IMG/VR virus record: IMGVR_UViG_3300021256_000085
Location: 1 to 64,000 of that record
Direction: 5' to 3' (one strand)
Source of the DNA: a virus
Taxonomy: Duplodnaviria; Caudoviricetes
Length of the DNA: 64,000 bases
The notes under the pieces were generated by a model that was given only the letters and a program-made list of their open reading frames with translations, was not told the origin of the DNA and ran no database searches. Positions 38,789 through 47,381 of this stretch are shown here, one piece after another (position 1 is the first letter of the stretch; every line of letters starts with the position of its first letter). The translations under genes and the position numbers were made by a program.

Positions 38789-41700
38789 ATGAAATCATTA
38801 TCTAATTATTCAAAAACACAATTAAACTATTTTAATTCATTTAATAGTACTAATATATATAACCAACAAATTGCTTTAAATGAATCTCAATTAATATTAT
38901 CACATGGATCTAATATTGATTCAGTTTTGTATAAGTTGAATAAATGTACTTCAAGATATAATGAGAATTTATTTTTTGAAAATCAAGATGACGTATTATT
39001 TACTATAGATGAGCAATATGCAGCTCGTGATATATTATTGTTGACTTGTAAATTATATGTTGAATCATTATGTGAAGAATATAATATTGAAGTTCCAATT
39101 TTAGAGTCTACTGAAGATACAGTTAAAAATCTTAAAGGATTTATCAATAAAGTTGGTCAATATGCAAAAGAAAAGGGTGAAGAATTTAAGGATGAGGTAA
39201 ATAAAATTGGTGATAGAATTAAAGCTGTTAAAGAATTCATTCAACAAATTACTTCTAAAGCAATTAAGAGTGCTAAAGAATTAGCTGAGAAATTCTTAGA
39301 TTTAATGATTTCATTAAAGAGTCGTTTATCAGATATATTATCTAAATTAGGTGCTAAGATTGATGAAATCCAAGAAGAATTTAAAGAAAGTATTCTTAAT
39401 GTTATCAATAATAAAGCTGATAGACCTAAAGAAAATATTTATGAGAATTTACAAAATGCTTTGAAATCCGGTCGTCAATTAGATGAAGATTTAATTTTAG
39501 AGTTTTCATTGTTTGGTAAAAAGAAATCTAAGGAGGATGGTGATAATAAAGATGAAAAGTCTAAAGGTAGAAATGAATATGAAAAATCACTTGATCCAGA
39601 TAAGAAAAAAGGAATTAAATCTAAAGGCAAGACAATCATTGTTGGTATATTGAAGCAAATTGCTATATCAACAACTATATTAGTTTTATTACCTTCATTA
39701 ATAGGATGTGTTTGGGGTCCAGCTGCCGCTATGATTGCCGCAACCATTGCAAAAGCAGCTATGACTGGATATGGTTTCTATAGACTTTGTAAAAACATTT
39801 ATTTGACTATTAAATCTTCAGAGTGGAAAGAAAAATCCAAGTGGGCTAAATTAGGTCATGTGATTATTTGGATGTTGTCATTTGCTTTATTAGCATGGGG
39901 AGCATCAAAAATGAAAAATGATTTTGTGAAGATTTGGGATGCATTCTCTAAAGGAAACTTAAAAACTTTGGTACCAGATGAAATGGTCCAAGGTGGTATG
40001 AAAATCATCAATAATATTTATAAAGCTTTGACTGGTAAAGATACTCCTGGATTTGAAGAATTACAAAAAATAACTACTGAAGGTATCACTACATGGGAAA
40101 GCAAAGAAGAAGTCAAAGGAAAAACTAATGATAATTTCACTTCTAAAGAACTTAAAAACTTAGGTGATACAAATGATTTCAAGAATATTGAAAACAACTT
40201 AGGTAAAGAAGTTACTGATGAATTGAAGAAAGCAACTGAAGCTACTTTAAAATCTTCAAAGAGTGTACAAGATGCTTTCACCAATGCGGTTGATCCTTCT
40301 AAACTTCCATCAGATACACATATTGTATTTGTAGATGGTAATACCGCAGCTAAAATGGTCAGAACTGGGTTGATTGGTAATACTAATGGTGCTGAGGTTG
40401 CTGTTAACCAAATTACAAATACTTCATTACAAGCAGCTACAAATGGCCAAGCTGGTACAATGTTCATGGTTGCTATAAAAGGTTCTAAAGATGCCGCTAC
40501 AGATATTCTTTCACAAGCTTCATCAGCTGCTGGTAAGCATGGTGTTGATTTCTTAGGTAAAATGATTAGCGGTACGGCTACAGAAACAGTTGTAACACAA
40601 GTTCCACATACAGTTGCCGCTACTGCCGGTGGTTTTGCTCCTATTGTTGGGTTACCTATTATTACAAAGAAAAAAGTCGATAAAGGATTTTTACTTAGAT
40701 TAGGTTCTTCTCGTTCTAAAAATAAAGTTTATATTATTAGAGAAAATGATATCAAAGGTATGGCTTTTAAAGATATTGAATCTAAATATGGATCTAATAA
40801 TACATCTGTATTTGAAGAGATGAAGAAGATTATCAATAAAAATTACAAGACTTTAGAAAAGGCTAAAGAAAATTTAGAGAAAAAATCTAATCCAAGTAAA
40901 TCTGAGAAAAAATTAATTGAAGGTATTACTAAGCAATTAGAGAAAATGAAAGATGGAATATCTGAATATGAATGTTTAGTATTTTTTTCAAAAAAAGATG
41001 TTGAAAGTCAAAATACAGAGAATCAAACAAATGAAGGATTATTAAATAAACTATTTGGTAAAAAAGATAAACCAGAAGTTAAAGAAATTGAATATCAACC
41101 TGTAATGTTTATAAATCCTATTTGTATGGCTTGTGGTGATTTAGCTAATATTACTGAGAAAAAAGGTCCTCGTAAAAATCCAATCTATTTGAAAGGACTT
41201 TTTGCAAGTTATGAATTCTTGCCAGGTGAAGAAGGAATGACTGAGAAAGATATTAATGAAATGCTTCAATCCATTGCATTGGAATCTCTTAAGACAGCTT
41301 GGAATATGAGTGCAGATGCCCCATGTACTAAGAAAGCATTCAAGAAATATGTTGAGAATGAAGAATCTATATTCAAAGATCAACCTCGTGATGATTTTGG
41401 TAAACTGACAAATAGTGAAATTACCGAAATATTCAATAATCCATCTTCAATCACTAAATATATGGGTGGTAAATATTCTACTAAGAGTACTGTTGAGAAA
41501 GAAAACACAGAAAATCAAAAGAAACGTAAAGAGAATGCTAAGAAGGAATGGAAAGACAATATTGAGAATAATGATGAAATAAAGAAAATTATTGATGATT
41601 CACCTTCATTGAAGAAAAACTTGGTTGATAATGATGGTAAAGTAAAAGATGGTGCATTAGATGATTTAAGCGATGCTTTCTTGAGAATGGAGACATCTTA

Positions 41701-42055
41701 TAATAAAGGTAAATCTAAAAAATCTCTTTGGAAACGTATTAAAGATTTCTTTACAGGTGGTGATGATGAAGATAAAGAAAAAAGTAAATATGATCCAGAT
41801 GAAGTTCAAAAATTAGCATATAAGTTAGCTTCATTACATTCTAAAAATTTAAAATCTAAACGTTCATCTGAAGAAGTTAAAGAATCATTGAATATAGAAT
41901 TAATTGAAGAATTGGATGAGTCAATCAAATACTTTGATATGAATTTAGAAGATTTGTTATCAGAAGAATTCTATGATTTCTTGAATAATAAAGATATGGT
42001 TATTGAATCCTTAGATGATGAAGATGATGAAATAATTTTATATGATGAAATTTAA
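38789..42055 (+). CDS. large putative virion internal/ejection protein with membrane segments
   Basis: late motif at 38751; MKSLSNY start; several xxE|S or xxE|G sites; hydrophobic ISTTILVLLPSLIG...AAAMIAA and VIIWMLSFALLAWGA. Confidence 0.45.
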   Translation: MKSLSNYSKTQLNYFNSFNSTNIYNQQIALNESQLILSHGSNIDSVLYKLNKCTSRYNENLFFENQDDVLFTIDEQYAARDILLLTCKLYVESLCEEYNIEVPILESTEDTVKNLKGFINKVGQYAKEKGEEFKDEVNKIGDRIKAVKEFIQQITSKAIKSAKELAEKFLDLMISLKSRLSDILSKLGAKIDEIQEEFKESILNVINNKADRPKENIYENLQNALKSGRQLDEDLILEFSLFGKKKSKEDGDNKDEKSKGRNEYEKSLDPDKKKGIKSKGKTIIVGILKQIAISTTILVLLPSLIGCVWGPAAAMIAATIAKAAMTGYGFYRLCKNIYLTIKSSEWKEKSKWAKLGHVIIWMLSFALLAWGASKMKNDFVKIWDAFSKGNLKTLVPDEMVQGGMKIINNIYKALTGKDTPGFEELQKITTEGITTWESKEEVKGKTNDNFTSKELKNLGDTNDFKNIENNLGKEVTDELKKATEATLKSSKSVQDAFTNAVDPSKLPSDTHIVFVDGNTAAKMVRTGLIGNTNGAEVAVNQITNTSLQAATNGQAGTMFMVAIKGSKDAATDILSQASSAAGKHGVDFLGKMISGTATETVVTQVPHTVAATAGGFAPIVGLPIITKKKVDKGFLLRLGSSRSKNKVYIIRENDIKGMAFKDIESKYGSNNTSVFEEMKKIINKNYKTLEKAKENLEKKSNPSKSEKKLIEGITKQLEKMKDGISEYECLVFFSKKDVESQNTENQTNEGLLNKLFGKKDKPEVKEIEYQPVMFINPICMACGDLANITEKKGPRKNPIYLKGLFASYEFLPGEEGMTEKDINEMLQSIALESLKTAWNMSADAPCTKKAFKKYVENEESIFKDQPRDDFGKLTNSEITEIFNNPSSITKYMGGKYSTKSTVEKENTENQKKRKENAKKEWKDNIENNDEIKKIIDDSPSLKKNLVDNDGKVKDGALDDLSDAFLRMETSYNKGKSKKSLWKRIKDFFTGGDDEDKEKSKYDPDEVQKLAYKLASLHSKNLKSKRSSEEVKESLNIELIEELDESIKYFDMNLEDLLSEEFYDFLNNKDMVIESLDDEDDEIILYDEI

Positions 42056-42111
42056 ATTTTTAAAGTTTATTGACTATATTATATTGTAATTAATTTAAAA
42101 ACTTTAAAATT

Positions 42112-42198
42112 ATGACTTGTTTAGAAACTATTATTTACATCGTTGGTTTTAGTGTTATGATTGCTTGGTTTAACTATACTGAAAGCAAAATGAAATAA
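42112..42198 (+). CDS. 28-aa single-TM peptide in its own transcription unit
   Basis: MTCLETIIYIVGFSVMIAWFNYTESKMK; promoter box at about 42050-42085, terminator at 42221. Confidence 0.55.
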   Translation: MTCLETIIYIVGFSVMIAWFNYTESKMK

Positions 42199-42220
42199 AC
42201 CTAAAAATTAAAAAAAATAT

Positions 42221-42260
42221 AAGAAGTATGTATATTCAAAATATATATACTTCTTTTTTT
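42221..42260 (+). terminator. intrinsic terminator
   Basis: AAGAAGTATGTATATT-CAA-AATATATATACTTCTT plus T-run. Confidence 0.75.
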
Positions 42261-42325
42261 TATGATTTATTAGAAATTTTGACTATATTAATAATTATCA
42301 TTAAACAATTAAAATTTGAAATATT

Positions 42326-43267
42326 ATGGTAGAGAATTTTATTAAGCAAACATTGAAGAAGGAATTTGACCAAGTGAATTTAGGAGATATTAATGCTATT
42401 CATGGTAATACTATTTCGGTAAAAATAGTAATGCCTTGCTATTGTCAAGCAAATTGTCCATTTTGTTTTAACAACCAAACTATCTCGACTCAAATGCATG
42501 ATTGGGATGAATTTGAGAAAAATCTTATCAAATCATTAACATTTATTGTTAAGAATCTTGATAATCGGAAGATTACATTGGATATTACTGGTAATGAACC
42601 AACATTCAATATCAACCATTTTAAGAAATTTATGAATTTAATTTATAATTTCAGAAGACAATATTCTGATAAGATTGATAAAGTAGTATTGACAACTAAT
42701 GGATTTCATTTGTATGAATGTATACCTTATCTATATCCAACAATTGATATAGTGAATATTTCATTACATCATTATAATTATTCGGAACGTCGTAATATTT
42801 TTAAGACTAAATATATTCCATCTAATGAAGATTTGAAATTGATGATTCAAAAGATGAATTCATTACAAATGACGGTAACATCCGTAGCTGTAATATATAA
42901 TAATGTTTATATTAAAAAATTTGTTGAGGATTTTGCTAATTTCTCAAAAGAATTGGGTTTTAAGGATTCAAGAATTAGATTCAATTTCACTTCTAATAAT
43001 ATAATAGTGCGAAATCAATTCTATCATGAATTTACTAATAATGATCAAATAGTTGAAAATGCCGGGTTGTCAACCAAATACTTGGATTATGATGGATATA
43101 AAGTCAATCTTTATTTGGGTGTACCTGATTTGATTGATTATGTGATTGGTGTAGAGTTTGTAATAGATGACAATGGAAAACTATATTTAGATTATAATAA
43201 GAGATTTGAAATTACTGATCCTCAAATGATCAATGATTTCGATAAAAATATATATTTGATTAAATAA
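42326..43267 (+). CDS. radical SAM protein
   Basis: CQANCPFC (Cx3Cx2C); TGNEPT; LTTNG; VNISLH. Confidence 0.9.
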   Translation: MVENFIKQTLKKEFDQVNLGDINAIHGNTISVKIVMPCYCQANCPFCFNNQTISTQMHDWDEFEKNLIKSLTFIVKNLDNRKITLDITGNEPTFNINHFKKFMNLIYNFRRQYSDKIDKVVLTTNGFHLYECIPYLYPTIDIVNISLHHYNYSERRNIFKTKYIPSNEDLKLMIQKMNSLQMTVTSVAVIYNNVYIKKFVEDFANFSKELGFKDSRIRFNFTSNNIIVRNQFYHEFTNNDQIVENAGLSTKYLDYDGYKVNLYLGVPDLIDYVIGVEFVIDDNGKLYLDYNKRFEITDPQMINDFDKNIYLIK

Positions 43268-43269
43268 AT

Positions 43270-43722
43270 ATGAATATCAAAAAGTATTTTTCAAATTTAT
43301 TTTGTTTACATGAAAAATTAGAATTTGTTGCAAATATATATGGGGACCAAATAAATATCCATCATGGGAAACGTTCTGTTTGGAAATGTAAATCTTGTGG
43401 TAAATTGATTTATAAAGATAAGTTATATTATAGAGATAGTTTATCTGAATTCTTAAATAAATTATCAGAACAATATTATACTAATTTACAAAATAAATGG
43501 GAACAGGAACATAAGCAAACGTTTGACAAAATAACCAATCAAATGTGTGAAGCCGCAAGTAATGGTAAATGGTCAATAGATTATGTTATATCATTTAATG
43601 AGAATGATTGGTATAAATTTAAAAAATATTGGGACAAGCAAAAAATTCGTATAGTTGATGTTGAAGTATCAAATCCGGATGTTGAAATTAAATTATATAA
43701 ATTTAAATTTGTATGGACGTAA
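43270..43722 (+). CDS. hypothetical with Zn-ribbon-like N-terminus
   Basis: CLH...WKCKSCGK. Confidence 0.65.
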   Translation: MNIKKYFSNLFCLHEKLEFVANIYGDQINIHHGKRSVWKCKSCGKLIYKDKLYYRDSLSEFLNKLSEQYYTNLQNKWEQEHKQTFDKITNQMCEAASNGKWSIDYVISFNENDWYKFKKYWDKQKIRIVDVEVSNPDVEIKLYKFKFVWT

Positions 43723-43943
43723 ATAAAGTTTATATATTAAAATGTATTGGAGATGAAAAATTTTTTAATGGCCATTTTAATGTAATATGTAAAATGGCAT
43801 TTAAAGAAGATCCATTAAAAACAGATAAATACAATAAAGAAGTAGAAGCATTCTTGAAGGAATGTAAAAATGACAAAAAATATTTATCTTGTGTAGAAGA
43901 AGGGACTGAACAATTAATTTCATTTGAATTACAAATAATATGA
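43713..43943 (+). CDS. hypothetical protein
   Basis: overlapping ORF in run. Confidence 0.55.
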   Translation: MDVNKVYILKCIGDEKFFNGHFNVICKMAFKEDPLKTDKYNKEVEAFLKECKNDKKYLSCVEEGTEQLISFELQII

Positions 43944-44377
43944 AGTATCATTTTCCAAATCCGGATAATAATGAATGGATTAATAAATATAATGATTTAG
44001 TTGACCAAATAGCTGAACAAGAAGAATATTGGAAAGAATATAAGAAACACCAACCTAAAAGAAATGATAAAGATCTTGATTGTTGGAAAACTACTAAAGC
44101 AGTCACAATACATCATATTATTCCAAAAAAGATTGATATGTCTTTATTAAAAGATAAAAACAATCTTTTATATGTTCCATTCAAAGAACATTGTGATCTT
44201 CATTATTATCTATGGAAATCAAATCCTAAATATGCATCACATCTTTGGTTTATTGGTATTGCCGGTCGTAGATTAGGAATTTGGGATTTACCTAATGGAG
44301 AAGAAGAATATAAACAATTAGCTAAAGATACTTCATTATCACGAAAAAAGAAAAAAATAAATGAAAAGAATATTTAA
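43940..44377 (+). mobile_element. HNH endonuclease (free-standing homing type)
   Basis: IHHIIPK...NNLLYV..KEHCDLH. Confidence 0.75.
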
Positions 44378-44981
44378 GAAATTTTTAGATATAATGAATA
44401 TACATGCTGATGATAATCAAAAATGGTTATTGATTAGTATGTTTATTTCCGGATTATTAGCAACATATATATCTCCTGCAATCACTAAAGCAATCATTAC
44501 AGAATTACCAGCTGAATGGATTGCATTTGAGTCTTTATTCTCGGCTATTGTTGGATTATTATTAGGAATAATTTGGCAAGGAAAATTTCGTCATAATATT
44601 ATTCGGTATTTTGTTATTTTTTGTATTACTGAATGTATACTTGGATTTCTATGTGCTATGTATCTTTGTTTTATTCACTATAATGTATGGGTATTCGCCG
44701 TCAGTACGTTGATTTATGGTAACCTGATAACCTCATTAGTCGGTAAGTGTATAATGGCGTTTAAAGCGAAACTATGGCCGGAGAAAGAACGAGAAATATA
44801 TGATAATAACTTAAGTATTGTTGGTGGTATTACTTGTATTATTGGATTTGCATTAGCATTATTTATGATGCCATCTTTAAAGGTTGCCTTGTTTATTTGG
44901 GGATTAGGTTGTATTGTTGATGATATTGGTTGGATTATTGTATATATTAAAAACCAAAAAACTTTAAAAACAATACAATAA
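44361..44981 (+). CDS. polytopic (about 6 TM) membrane protein
   Basis: six hydrophobic helices; half-MFS-like size. Confidence 0.7.
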   Translation: MKRIFKKFLDIMNIHADDNQKWLLISMFISGLLATYISPAITKAIITELPAEWIAFESLFSAIVGLLLGIIWQGKFRHNIIRYFVIFCITECILGFLCAMYLCFIHYNVWVFAVSTLIYGNLITSLVGKCIMAFKAKLWPEKEREIYDNNLSIVGGITCIIGFALALFMMPSLKVALFIWGLGCIVDDIGWIIVYIKNQKTLKTIQ

Positions 44982-45025
44982 ATTTTAATATAGTTTGAAT
45001 TTTTTAAAGGAATATACTATATTAT
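44980..45025 (+). promoter_or_regulatory. repeated early-type promoter element (ATATAGT form)
   Basis: AATTTTAATATAGTTTGAATTTTTTAAAGGAATATACTATATT. Confidence 0.7.
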
Positions 45026-45411
45026 TTTGTAAATTAAAATATATAATATATGAATAAGATTATTAATATCCTCGTAAAAAGAGATGGGATTACAAGAGAA
45101 GAAGCCCAAGAAATGGTTAAACGTGTTCAAGATATGATTATCTTAAATCCAACAGAAGCCATTGAGATTATCCAAGATGAGCTTTATCTGGAACCAGATT
45201 ATTTGGAAGATTTGTTTAATTATTAAAAATTAAAGAATATGGATAAGCTAACATTTCTCGCCTATGAAGAGGCTCGTCAATCCGGAGAATTCAATATGAT
45301 TATGGATGCCCATTCTGTCATGGCCCAATACGGAATTTCTTCCGATGATTATTGGGATATTATTAAGAATTATTCTAAGTATGCTAATCAATATCTAAAA
45401 AGTTAAAAGTT

Positions 45412-45699
45412 ATGTTTATTCTTATTCAGCGTTCAAATGTTGTTGGATTTTTCTCTACAAAAGAGAAAATGAGAATGGTGATTGAATTAATCATCCAACA
45501 GGAAAAAGAAAAAAATGGAACTCCTCTTGGAAATTTAAGTTTTCGTTATATTGAATGTGAACTTGATGATCCATTTTTTAGAGATCCGTATAATCCAGAA
45601 ATTATAAAAGCAATTTTCAGTTTGTCAACACTACATACTGAATACTTCCCAAATGAAGTAAAAACAGATTGGACTACAGGAGAAATTATTAATCTTTAA
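45412..45699 (+). CDS. hypothetical protein
   Basis: ORF in run. Confidence 0.65.
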   Translation: MFILIQRSNVVGFFSTKEKMRMVIELIIQQEKEKNGTPLGNLSFRYIECELDDPFFRDPYNPEIIKAIFSLSTLHTEYFPNEVKTDWTTGEIINL

Positions 45700-45712
45700 A
45701 ATATCATTCAAA

Positions 45713-46111
45713 ATGGAAAATGTAAATTATCTTAAAAGAAGAATTCGACCAGACTCGGAAAAGTTTCGAAATTATTTGAATAACCTTAAAGTTGGTGATA
45801 ATGTATATTGGAAGTCTTTAGATAATAATCAAATTATTGAAGAGGTTATCCAGAATATTCAGTATGGAACTAATAATGAAACTAAATACTTTATTTCCGA
45901 AGATATGTATTTAGTGGAGACTAATCTATTAGATCCTAATTCTGAAGAAGTAATGGAGTATTTAATTCGAAAAAACAATAATATTTTGAAGAATATTGCT
46001 AAACAATTTGACAATAAAGATATTTATAATCATTTTATTTCCAAATTAGTTAATAATGGATTTGATGAAAAAGTAGCTAAAAATATTTTAAACATTATGA
46101 TTTATGGATAA
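45713..46111 (+). CDS. hypothetical, paralog-like to 46104
   Basis: LKVGD.VYW... pattern shared with 46104 (IKIGDKFTW). Confidence 0.65.
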   Translation: MENVNYLKRRIRPDSEKFRNYLNNLKVGDNVYWKSLDNNQIIEEVIQNIQYGTNNETKYFISEDMYLVETNLLDPNSEEVMEYLIRKNNNILKNIAKQFDNKDIYNHFISKLVNNGFDEKVAKNILNIMIYG

Positions 46112-46475
46112 ATATCCAATAAAGATAGGTGACAAATTTACTTGGGTAGATTTAGATGGAGATATCCACATTAATACATGTGTAGATATTGAAAATCAAG
46201 ATTCAGATCAAATAGAAACAATGTATTTTATTCATCGTTCGGAAAATGGTGGTGGTACATTTGTTACAGAAGATGATATTATTTCAATGGATTCTCCTAC
46301 GGTAAAACAATTTTTAAAAGAAACCAATATCAAAAAAGCTAATAAGTTCTTTACAGAAAATCGTAAAGATATTCTTGTTGATATGATCTATAACAATCTT
46401 TTAGATGGTGACTCATATGACAAACAAACAATTAAAGAATATTTGAATGAGTTAATAAATTCCGGAGATTTTTAA
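46104..46475 (+). CDS. hypothetical, paralog-like to 45713
   Basis: similar domain layout. Confidence 0.65.
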   Translation: MDKYPIKIGDKFTWVDLDGDIHINTCVDIENQDSDQIETMYFIHRSENGGGTFVTEDDIISMDSPTVKQFLKETNIKKANKFFTENRKDILVDMIYNNLLDGDSYDKQTIKEYLNELINSGDF

Positions 46476-46479
46476 TATA

Positions 46480-46525
46480 AAATTTAAACTATATTTAAAT
46501 TTTTAAAGATATATGTCTATATTAT
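46480..46525 (+). promoter_or_regulatory. repeated early-type promoter element (ACTATAT form, degenerate)
   Basis: AAACTATATTTAAATTTTTAAAGATATATGTCTATATT. Confidence 0.6.
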
Positions 46526-46552
46526 TTTGTAATTAATAAAAAATATAGATAT

Positions 46553-46843
46553 ATGGCACGAAATATTAGTTTTTACAAGGTCACAAATAATGTTGTAAAA
46601 CGTCATTCATTAGTATTTGATATGAATGGCACACATATTTCAAGTAAAGAAATCCGCGAAAAGGCTATTGAGTTATATAATAAATATAAATGTGATGGTA
46701 TTTTAGTTGTCACGGTCAAGAAAAATCTATGGGGTGATCCTATTGGTGGTGGTGAACTTTATTATAATGGTGCCAAGTTTTCTCGTGATACTTTAGAAAT
46801 ATCTTTTGTCAATGGTTGGAATATTAATTACAAAAAACATTAA
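46553..46843 (+). CDS. hypothetical protein
   Basis: first gene after promoter element. Confidence 0.65.
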   Translation: MARNISFYKVTNNVVKRHSLVFDMNGTHISSKEIREKAIELYNKYKCDGILVVTVKKNLWGDPIGGGELYYNGAKFSRDTLEISFVNGWNINYKKH

Positions 46844-47232
46844 GAATGTCTTTTTGTATAATTCTCCCAATTAAAATAGGTGAAGATATATTTTAACCAT
46901 GTATAATGTTTACGTGTATTAAGATATGATGGATTGTTTTCATTATAATAAGCTTCTTGTTCAAAAGATATAGATCTATATGGATAATTGAAATTATATT
47001 TAGAAGTATCTTTAAATAAACAAGAAATCAATTTGAACAAATATTCAATAAAATACAAAATATAAAAACCAATATATCCTAATTCTTTCATTTGTAATGT
47101 ATGAATATATTCATGAGTATAATCTTTAGATGATAGAATAATATGGTTATCGTTTCTAGTAAAAAGAATACCAAATAAATTAATATATTTATATCCTTTC
47201 CAAGGAATATATTTGTTACTTATAATTTTCAT
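46840..47232 (-). CDS. HExxH metallopeptidase-like membrane-associated protein
   Basis: THEYIHTLQ, hydrophobic helix, ISFEQEAY. Confidence 0.6.
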   Translation of the reverse strand: MKIISNKYIPWKGYKYINLFGILFTRNDNHIILSSKDYTHEYIHTLQMKELGYIGFYILYFIEYLFKLISCLFKDTSKYNFNYPYRSISFEQEAYYNENNPSYLNTRKHYTWLKYIFTYFNWENYTKRHS

Positions 47233-47381
47233 TTTTTAAAATAAAGATAATTTTTTAATAATAATTTTGAATCTATTTGAAATTTAAACTATATTAGTGT
47301 ATCAAACAAATAAATTATGACAAATTAAATCAATTAAGAGAACAATACTAATAAAAACAAAAACAAAAAGGAGAAAAAACT

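Noticed and set aside
40018-40467. Minus-strand ORFs inside the 1088-aa gene (also 39475, 41141)
   Set aside because: Antisense shadows of a codon-biased gene.
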